Positions 54,585 to 64,000 of a DNA stretch of 64,000 nt are shown here, piece after piece. Numbering within the stretch: the first letter of the stretch is position 1; each line of letters starts with the position of its first letter. Under the pieces are notes generated by a model. It was not told where the DNA came from. It did not search any database and saw only the letters and a list, made by a program, of their open reading frames with translations. The stretch lies in assembly GCF_964355755.1 (NCBI RefSeq), contig NC_092672.1:11470001-11534000 (forward strand), written 5' to 3'. The stretch is from Antedon mediterranea (Eukaryota > Animalia > Echinodermata). The translations under genes were made by a program, and so were the position numbers.

Positions 54585-54996
54585 CTGCAAAAAAGATGGA
54601 AGGTAATTTAAAATATCGACATTAAATATATAATATTTTTGGTTATATAAAAATACAAGGGCCTGCAAAATGATAATGAAAGCAAAATTGGATTTGAAAT
54701 CAACAACAAAATAAATGTAAGTTAAAGAATAAAAATGTAATTATTGAAAACAGACAACAAAAAAGTTTATTGCCGTTGGTTCTTGATATTGGAAGATTTA
54801 ACGAAATACAAACTGGTTCCTTATAAAACAAAAATTTAGTTGAATAAAAAAAAACCAATATAAAATAAATGAAAAATGTACAGTATACCAGATTAGAATA
54901 TATTCCAGGTTGGTTTATTTTACGTTACGGTTATAAAAATAATATTATTAATATTTATTTTTAATGACAACTTTATGACTTTATTTGACAATTTAC

Positions 54997-55161
54997 CATT
55001 TGATAATTTGCGATTTCGACGAAGCTTTTCTTATGTACAGTCACACTTCCCTTTAGTTTACAATGGTAGGCGATAGGGATAGGCACACGAGCTGGAAGCA
55101 AATCAGAATCTGCTACTTCAGGTAACCATGTCTGGGTGCTGTTCACTTTACAATCAGGACA
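54997..55161 (-). CDS. adipolin/ERFE-like exon
   Basis: tttcag| CPDCKVNS...IAYHCKLKGSVTVHKKSFVEIANYQM |gtaaat; 165 nt, phase 0-0. Confidence 0.87.
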
Positions 55162-55540
55162 CTGAAATTAAAACAAATCAAATCAATCATGTATATTATA
55201 TTTATAAATTCAAAGGTAAATTGTTGAAAACACTGACATTTCTGTTGGTAGCAGTGGCTTAATATCAATGATGCAAATATAAGAAGCAAATCGCTAAATC
55301 CAAACGGTAAAGTAAAATTGTGGTGACACTAGTTACAATCCGTTATGCGTGATTAATAACAGAATGACGTATGTATAAACGTCATAAATAAGACACTGAG
55401 TTCATTGTGGGTATGGCAGACCTGTGAATTATTGTAACAAATCAGATGTGTTGTAAATAGGCCTAAGGTACGAGTGAATTTAGCCGATTTTCGTTGTTTT
55501 GAACTTGTCGTCAGAAGCTTATCAACCGACATCATAAAAC

Positions 55541-55578
55541 AACCGACTTTCAGAAAACACTAATCCTTCGTCAGGATT
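55541..55578 (-). ncRNA. degenerate minimal hammerhead-like motif in an intron (sense to the C1q gene)
   Basis: AAUC-CUGACGA-AGGA-uuaguguu-UUCU-GAAA-GUC/GGUU. Stems I and II can pair (with G-U); the usual C after GAAA is missing. Confidence 0.45.
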
Positions 55579-56188
55579 AATATGAATGTTTAAATTCGTG
55601 CTTCGCCTAGTAAATTTAAATATAACCTTTTTATCTTTCAACTCATTACAATTATTTGCCCAATTGCATTTATAAACATGAATTATTATTGTTTTTATTT
55701 ATCCCGATAATAACTGTAATCTTTATTGCGCCCTCTGTCTGATACCAACTTTTATTAAACCGTTATCTGGCAGCATAAATGAAATGATATAGACAAATAT
55801 TTTATTATAAAATAAAGTTTTACTGTATTCCGATAATAACTGTACATGTTAATGCGCCCTCTACCTCATAAAACTTGTTATAACCATTGTTGGAAGCGTA
55901 ATTTACTTTACTGAAGTTGGAAGTTACACGGAAACAACATTTGGACAATGAAGTTAATAAAACAAGAAAAACAATGAATTATGCCTATATACTAGAATCA
56001 CAACAAAATGATTTATTCATTCAAATAACATGAGTTGTTCACTGTACACACAGTTGTTACGGCAATTGTATTAATTTTCTCGACAACTTTAGATATTGAT
56101 TCAAACCTCGGAGGAAGTAAAATCAAATCATTAAAAAAAAAGAACATAATTTATATTTTTATGAACACAATAAAATGATAATTCTTAC

Positions 56189-56229
56189 TTTTTCTTGCAT
56201 TAAGATTTGAGCTCGTCTCTCAGCTGCTT
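56189..56229 (-). CDS. adipolin/ERFE-like micro-exon
   Basis: ttcacag| (E)AAERRAQILMQEK |gtaag; 41 nt, phase 1-0. Confidence 0.82.
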
Positions 56230-56369
56230 CTGTGAAAAAAATAAAAAAGTAATCAAATTATTTCCATTTTTAGGGACTATCAGATGTGTCCGAAACAACT
56301 TTTTAAACCAACCTAAGAAAATCGGGAATTGAGGATTGATCATTTTACATTATAATACATTTTAACAAT

Positions 56370-56432
56370 ATCTTTCCATACATCCAACAGCGAGCAACTC
56401 TCCAATTACAGGATGGATAAACTATTTTATAA
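56370..56432 (-). mobile_element. 3' fragment of the tRNA-derived SINE
   Basis: Revcomp AAAATAGTTTATCCATCCTGTAATTGGAGAGTTGCTCGCTGTTGGATG is nearly identical to 15572-15618. Confidence 0.75.
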
Positions 56433-57096
56433 AATGCATAAATAGAAAGTGTATAATTGTGCTGAGTTGTTACACAGTTTAAATATAATATAACAGTTGT
56501 TAAAAATTAATAAAGATGTATGTCGTTAAAATAATACATTTGAATCATTGTCATTGAGGAGCGAGTATGGCGCCATTGAGATTTAACTTTTCTAGGCCAA
56601 GATTGTTTCTTATTTCAACAATCTGAACCGTTGAAAGATTGTACAATTATTACTTAGATCCCTTCTTAAATACTCTATGCGTCATTTAAATATTTTGGTT
56701 TAAATGATAAAAAAAAGATATATTGAAAGAAAGAATGAAAAATATTAATTGTTTACATAATTATTATAACATATTTTAATTTGTTAATATGCTTAATAAT
56801 TAAAATTACTTACCCAGTAGTACCTGTTCTTTAGGACACCCTATTTAAGAAACACCCGGATTAAGAGGTAAGTTTCTCGTTATGTTTTGCAACTACAGCC
56901 CTATTCAGAAAACACACGTCTCCACCTACGACAATTACCAGTATCAAGGAAGGGTTAGGTTGTGGCCTATTCTGTACATGTGAAACTATACTGCTATATT
57001 ACAGAATGTTCTTATGATACTGGGTAGAGATACAATATCGATAATCGGTTGTCACTGATTTATAAAAATGAGACGGCATATAAAATAAAACCTTAC

Positions 57097-57208
57097 CTCT
57101 TATCATTTCTTTAAATTCGTCCATTAGTTCTTCTTTTGTTACCTTGCCTCCTGGAGGACCAGGGGGACCACGTGGTCCAGGTGGTCCTTCGGGCCCAGGT
57201 GGGCCATG
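57097..57208 (-). CDS. adipolin/ERFE-like exon: short collagen repeat
   Basis: [37 protein letters not shown]; phase 0-1. Confidence 0.92.
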
Positions 57209-59004
57209 CTATACAAAAAATCGAATATCAAATAAGTATTAATTGTGGAAAATTAGAGTGTTGCCTCACATGAAATGTCCAGTATGCCATAGATATTTTG
57301 ATGAAAAGTGATTATTTTGCAGTTATTTTAGGTTACAGTTGGCCCTAATACAAATACGATACGTTTTACGAATTTGTAATATACCGTATAGGTAACACAA
57401 CGCATTAATTAGGCCTATAGACTGTATATAAGTATCGGTCTTGCCTTATATTGTAGCAAGTGTATAAGATTATGACAAAGCAAATCACATGGTCCTAATA
57501 ATTAGATTGTTACTACTACGATAGCAACCGGCGCTCGGCATATTAGATCTATAATTACAACACAATAACACTTTATGTCGGCGACCTTACGAGCCATTAC
57601 CCTTGGATTCGATCATTTAATAAGCTTAACTCAAAGGTAAATTTAGAAACAAAGTCAAATATATTTAGGTTGAAAAATTGGGCAACTGTTAAAAATGTTC
57701 GTTCGCGGATGACTGCGCGTTTATTCAGTCATGAACTCTGTGTGGGCGAGTATAAGAGATTTTATATAGCATAACGCTTGGACGAATTGTCCTTTAGAAA
57801 GTACATAGGCTAAGAGATAAATATCTTTCACCAAGTACGATTTGTAGATTGAAATTGCAGACCAGTGGCTCACCAGGACTGCCCATTTAACCGCAACCAA
57901 TATATCCTTATCTAATTAGCAAACAAATTGGTCGGTACTTAATTTCCACTTTCCACGAACACTTTATAGATAGTTACCGTAGTCTAAGGGCCATACGATT
58001 GAATCAGAATAATTCAGTCAAATATACAGTTTTGTATTGCGGTCAATAGACCAAAGATGTATCTCATGGCATAGCTTGTTTCACCTCTTATTCTTATGAA
58101 GTTATATTCAGTTTATGTTGGAAGTGAAAAATATGCAAAGTAATTTGAACTCTACAGTTACCACACTATCTCCAATGTAAAGAAAGATCAGAAACGAAAC
58201 CATTGAATTAATTGTGCAACTTCTAGACAATTGTATTATTAATTCAATTAAAGCATATTTTTTTTCATTCCCGATGATAAAGCAAATATTAAATATTAGT
58301 TTCACGTCTCCTTTCACATCAGTGAACCGTATAACTGTGCCTTAGCTAACTCATGGCTAACTTAACTAATATCCTAACTGTCTTGTTATTTAGTATAAAA
58401 AAATTATATATAATTTTCATCGAAGTTGCGGTCGGTACTACGTATGACTAAACTTCTTTCAAAATATCATCCTCATGTTGGTATCTTCACAACAGCTAAT
58501 CCAAAGTCCCTCATCAACAATATTGCCATATTTTAAATTGGTCTATCAATCTCAAAATAGTGAATCTCAACGATAGCTTGTACCATATATCATTTATTTG
58601 AGTAAACGATTGTGCTGTTTTCTTAACTGGATGCTCAATTCATTAATTCATTTTGATAATAATTGTGTATCTAGCTTTGACCTCCTGAATGTGTGCCCCA
58701 TAATTTGAGAGCGTTGACCTTGACTCACCACGTACATAGTACATTACAGATATCCGAATTAATTTAAATATTTGTTGAACATGATATTAAATTGGATCAA
58801 TTAATATTAACAAATTATAGACACGCCTTTTCATATTTTTTTCCCAGTAAAATACTCAAATTCAAAGGAATTTGAACAATTACTCGGGTTATCGTAGCAA
58901 CTACGGTATGTGCCAACAAACATATTTATTTTCGTAGATCATGCTTTAGGCCTACATATTTTATAATTTTAGAAATTAATTTAATTTAAATAATTCTTTC
59001 TTAC

Positions 59005-59130
59005 CAATGTTCTGTCTTTTTTCTTTTTCTCTGCCTTCTTGTTGTTATCTGCATTATTGGACGAATGTCGTACAAACGACAACCAGCTTCCATGAGGATC
59101 AACTTTCCGACTGGGAGCCTTTTCTGTTCC
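59005..59130 (-). CDS. adipolin/ERFE-like exon: N-terminal region (signal-peptide exon not located)
   Basis: ctgtag| GTEKAPSRKVDPHGSWLSFVRHSS...KKAEKKKKDRTL |gtaag; DPxxxWxxFVR motif and basic cluster of the FAM132 family. Confidence 0.87.
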
Positions 59131-59164
59131 CTACAGAAATAAAATACAAAACATCAATTCAAAA

Positions 59165-59545
59165 ATGAATAAAGATCATGAACGAATAAAGAAACAAATG
59201 AAGGAATAAAACGAATAAAGAAACTAATGAAAATAAAGAAACGAAGCTAAGAAAGAAACGTATGGATGACTAAAGAAATGATCGAACGATTAAAGAATTA
59301 CGGATGAATAAAGAGACGAAAGAACGAATAAAGAAAGGAACGAACAAAGAAACAACCTAATTAATGAAGAAAGAAACGAATAAACGAATATACTACAGTA
59401 TAAGTATAAGAAAAAAAAATAGAGAAACTAGTGAATGCGTAAAGAAACGAATGAATAAAGAAAGAAATATAATGAATGAATGAATGAATGAAGGAAGAAA
59501 GAAAACGAATGAACGTATTAAGTGAACAAATGAACGAATAAAAAC
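59165..59545. repeat. degenerate purine-rich (GAAT/GAAA/GAAC)n tract
   Basis: AATGAATGAATG, AAAGAAACGAA and GAATAAA repeats. Confidence 0.8.
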
Positions 59546-60856
59546 ATATATTCATTAACCCGATAAATTCTTAATCTATTTACTAAAGAAGGTGCTGATA
59601 CGTTCACCTTTAAACTCTTCAAAATCTTAAGATTGATTAGGTGTAATTTTGGACTGTATAGCAATTTGGTGGATTTGCTATACCTGTACTGCTTATAATT
59701 GGGGATTAGTGACACCTCCTAAATTGCTTGTTATAATGGCCAATTATAGTGTCGCGAAGGGCTGGGGATAACGATTTTAGGCCTACATTCTGAATTTGGA
59801 GGAAAAACTAAACAACGTATGAATAACAATTTGCAAATTGTTCGAATAAATCTCGGTTGCGATCGTGAAAGCGAACATAATGTCAATCGGCACTAGATTA
59901 TAAGTGATTCACAAAAGTATAATCTGCGACAGTGACAGTCGCATACATAATATAGGTCTAGGTATAGTTTATATAAATTTTAAAGTAAAACAAAGGAAAA
60001 ACAATGATATTATAATTTATATGGTGTCGTGGATATATTTAATTCATAATAACAATACTATTCATTTCACTTGGCATATTACCATATTATCCTAAATGTT
60101 ATAAAACAGTATAGGTCCAACTGAGAGAGAGCATATTGAAGAAACCGACACATTTAAAAATAAAGATAGAATGAAACAACGTATGGAAAGGCTATTTATT
60201 TTTAAAAATAAAAGTTGAAATTAGAAAGAATTGAATACTAAAGTCGATATCTTATTATTCACACATTTTCCATAGGCTTAACCACTGTGTTTTCAATTCC
60301 ATGTTCCTGAAGTCGATTTTTGGAAATTTCACCTCCCTGCTCTAACTTGCATTAGTTTTCCTAACACGTTTTCAAATAGTTTCATATTTTACACAGGTTC
60401 TTTTAAAGTGTTTATAATTACCTAACGTAATAATAATATTAATCAACACTAATTTAGTTTTACACGCAGCTGCCTCCGATTTCTCACACGTACCGCCGGT
60501 GAATATCTTTGAAGTTGCTAGATTTCATCATAAAATCTATCCTAAATAAATCAGTTACCTAATCAATTTAAAATATCTGTCCGTATGGCACCTTTGTAGG
60601 TTTTGTATACTAATTCGAATTCCACAGAGGCCAACGAAACGGCTTGGAAAAAACACCTACTAAATAACTCGTTTTATTCAATGCAGATTGTATCGATAAT
60701 GTTAAGTTTGTGGTCTCTTACAGCTAATTGTTGGTACCAAATACTATTATTCTCAATTGAAAGGAAAATAAAGTTTAGTGATGTTAAGATTCAGATACCA
60801 TTATGTGGACATAATACTGAAACCACAATTGTAATACGTACTAAGCGGTACTGAAA

Positions 60857-61735
60857 CTTACCGAGCCCGGAATCCGATGCAGTACCGAACTGTAAAAAGC
60901 TAGGTTCACACCGAGCCGGATTCCGGTGCGCTACTGTAACGTATTAAGCTACGTTCACATCGAGCAGGATTCCGATGCGCTACTGTAACTAAATAAGCTA
61001 CGTTCACACCGAGCCGGATTCCGATTCGGTACTGTAACTAAGCTACGTTCACACCGAGCCGGATTCCGATTCGGTACTGTAACGTATTAATTAAGCTACG
61101 TTCAAACCGAGCCGGATTCCGGTGCGCTACTGTAACTTATTAAGCTACGTTCACATCGAGCAGGATTCCGATGCGCTACTGTAACTAAATACGCTACGTT
61201 CAAACCGAGCCGGATTCCGGTGCGCTACTGTAACTTATTAAGTTACGTTCACATCGAGCAGGATTCCGATGCGCTACTGTAACTAAATACGCTACGCTAC
61301 GTTCACACCGAGCCGGATTCCGATTCGGTACTTTAACTAAGCTACGTTCACACCGAGCCGGATTCCGATTCGGTACTGTAACTTATTAAGATACGTTCAA
61401 ACCGACCCGGATTCCGATGCGCTTATAAGCTACGTTCAAACCGATCCGGATTCCGATTCGGTACTGTAACGTATTAATTAAGCTAAGTTCAAACCGAGCC
61501 GAATTCCGATTCGGTACTGTAACTTATTAAGATACGTTCAAACCGACCCGGATTCCGATGCGCTTATAAGCTACGTTCAAACCGATCCGGATTCCGATTC
61601 GGTACTGTAACTAAATACGTTCAAACCGAGCCGGATTCCGATGCGCTATTGTAACTATATAAGCTACGTTCAAACCGAGCCGGATTCCGATTCGGTACTG
61701 TAGGCCTAACTAAATAAGCTACGTTCAAACTAAAC
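60857..61735. repeat. CpG-rich minisatellite, ~18 units of ~39-55 bp
   Basis: Unit AAGCTACGTTCA(C/A)ACCGAGCCGGATTCCGAT(GCGC/TCGG)TACTGTAAC plus a variable AT linker. Confidence 0.92.
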
Positions 61736-64000
61736 CGCCAAATTCAGTCGAGCTTTATTGTGTCTCATTGTAGGCTACTGTACTGTCAGGTGAGGATGCT
61801 GATGTATTGGATTTATACACTAAATTATGTGTGGGTGAAAATAATACATTATAAGGGTAACAATAGGCCTACATAAATAAACATTGTTTAAGAAAATTAC
61901 GCTCGAGTTATTATTATAACTTAGGCCTAACAATATCAAAATAGGCCTACTGTAACAATTTCATAAAATAAACTGTTTAAATTTCATTTTTTGAAAAGCT
62001 TTGATAATCAAAGGTATGTTATCGATGTTATTAGACGATTTCTTTGAAAAGAATAACAGAAATCTAACCACAATCGGAAAGTACTCTGTGTGAATGTCAA
62101 GGTCTCAATTGAGTTGAAGTAAGTGATGATTCAAATATTTATGTATGATGCCAGATTAAAATTAACACCATTAATTACAACTGTAATGATTAAAAGAAAG
62201 GTGACGTCATCTGGCACCCAAGTCACTAACGTTAGTCATGGGATATTCAGAGTTCAATAACACATCAGACTAATCATCGATTAACATGATTGTTACAAAA
62301 ATGTTATTCTTGGCAGTTATAAAATTTGTTGAATAAAATTTGAATTTCGCGACAGTAAGTAAAGATATTTTACTTAGGCCTATTCAATCGAGATCCTAAA
62401 AGTATTGAAAATGTATAAAACAACATTTCACAAATTAACAAAAAAACAACCTTACTACATTATGTTTACATTTATCCCGATGAAAGACCTTAATGGGCTT
62501 TAATAAAAGTAATTTGAGCTGTTATGTTTTTATGTTCTGTTATATAATTGTGAATAAATATCAATAAGTGACCAATGAAAGAATTTGAGAACCATCTATA
62601 TAAGCAGGACCATTTTGTGACCTTATTTTTGTTCTTCCTTGTATTAACAATACTTCAGTTTAAAAAAAACCCGTATTAATAGCGAGCGTCAATCTAATAT
62701 CATACATAGCACTGAAAATTATGCAAGACATCTGTATATTGTCAAGGTAGCATTTACCAGGCAGCCTGTCAGTTTTAATTCGTCATATTTTAAATTGTAT
62801 TGACATATGAGTTCAGTTAGAATCATGTACGGTATTTAACCTGCGGCGATACAAAGAATGTAGAAAAAGACACAACTGTAATAATATCAATAATAGTAAC
62901 CTAATTTAAAAACTATTTTTGGGGGAATAGTCACCGAGAATGTTTTTTTTTTTTTTTTTTTTACTTTAAGGTTACGTAAATTATCTGTGATCTCTTTCTT
63001 TCTTTATTTCTATTCATCATACACATTCATAAACAAACAAAGCATAGTACAAAATGAGAATGAACAACACATTTAAATGTGCCAAGAAATATAGGAAATA
63101 CAAATATATGAAGACAAAAAGTACGTACTGTAGGCCTACTAGTACTTAGCCATGGAAGAGTTGTTGGTGTGCAGTTTTTAAGAAAATATTGAACCAGACA
63201 ATGTAAATAAACCCAAGAGTGTACCGCATCACTCATATCATGTAACCTACTTCATAATTTATTAGGGGCTCTAGTCAAATCTAAAAATGCATCAGTCACA
63301 TTCATAAGCATCACCACAATAGTCAATACTGCATCGCTGTGGTGCTACTCAGCATGTATCAGTAAAACCCAATTTAATAGTAACTTTAACAACTTAAAGG
63401 GCCAGTAGAAATTAATTTAATATCGATAATTATCAACATTCATTAACGGCAACATATTTTTTAACGGACACTATTATAAGTTCGTTCATTATTTGATTTG
63501 GCGCGCAGGAACCGGTCGAGTATACAAGGCTCGAGGTGGTTTATAATCGATTTCGGACTGGCCGAGTTGACAGGGACCGAGGTGGGTTAGGACCGAGTTG
63601 GGTCGAATTCATTGAACATTATTATAGACCCATACGTGTAGCTGTACAAGCACAATTCGCGTCATACGACGTTTTACATCGTTTTTTCCAATACCGTAGA
63701 GGACATCCCTTACTTTCAAAGGCATTCATTTATTTTCAAATTTTCTTAGCGGAAATGCTAAACTGTTTGAACACCTGCAAAATATTCTCATAGCATATGA
63801 TATCATACATCCGAAGCTTGTTGTTTCAGAAGATCCAAAAGTTTGCCTAAAAGAAATACGATTCTGGGATAAGAAATTACCTGTGAATCGGTTTACTATC
63901 ATGAATAAACAAGTTGCTTAAAACACTTAGCATCATGAAGTGTATAAGTCTACGTTGTTTAATCAAATTGTTTTACATCGAAAAAAGATCAATTTTAGTA

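Noticed and set aside
60857-61735. CRISPR-like array (palindromic repeats with variable linkers)
   Set aside because: Linkers are short, AT-rich and reused rather than unique spacers. There are no cas genes, and the context is a spliced animal genome.
60400-63400. candidate signal-peptide exon of the adipolin-like gene
   Set aside because: I found no minus-strand segment combining ATG, a hydrophobic stretch and a phase-0 donor; the exon may lie outside the window.

Overview
AT-rich invertebrate animal DNA; the repeat style suggests a marine deuterostome such as an echinoderm, but that is inference. I reconstructed three spliced genes by hand, with phase-consistent GT-AG junctions. (1) The 3' part of an Eph receptor tyrosine kinase on + (12 exons, 2276-41409: FN3-FN3-TM-juxtamembrane-kinase-SAM-PDZ motif), including a 27.4-kb intron. 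(2) An apparently orphan ~1084-aa gene on - (50211-45829) with a predicted N-myristoylation motif, a 3-kb mostly low-complexity exon and a C-terminal MYND finger; the same degenerate repeat lies on both sides of it. (3) An adipolin/erythroferrone-like (C1QTNF12/FAM132) collagen-C1q gene on - (59130-53031; 5' exon not found). Introns and intergenic DNA hold many mobile elements: an L2/CR1-group RT, a young RTE LINE, a Penelope-like remnant with a hammerhead ribozyme, 5S- and tRNA-derived SINEs, Harbinger and Kolobok-type elements, and minisatellites. The most unusual signals are a strongly over-represented TAGGCCTA octamer that appears in sister-copy comparisons as a GGCC+TA insertion (candidate transposon excision footprint), hammerhead-like motifs, and inverted repeat pairs bracketing each FN3 module of Eph. 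All coordinates and counts were read by eye.
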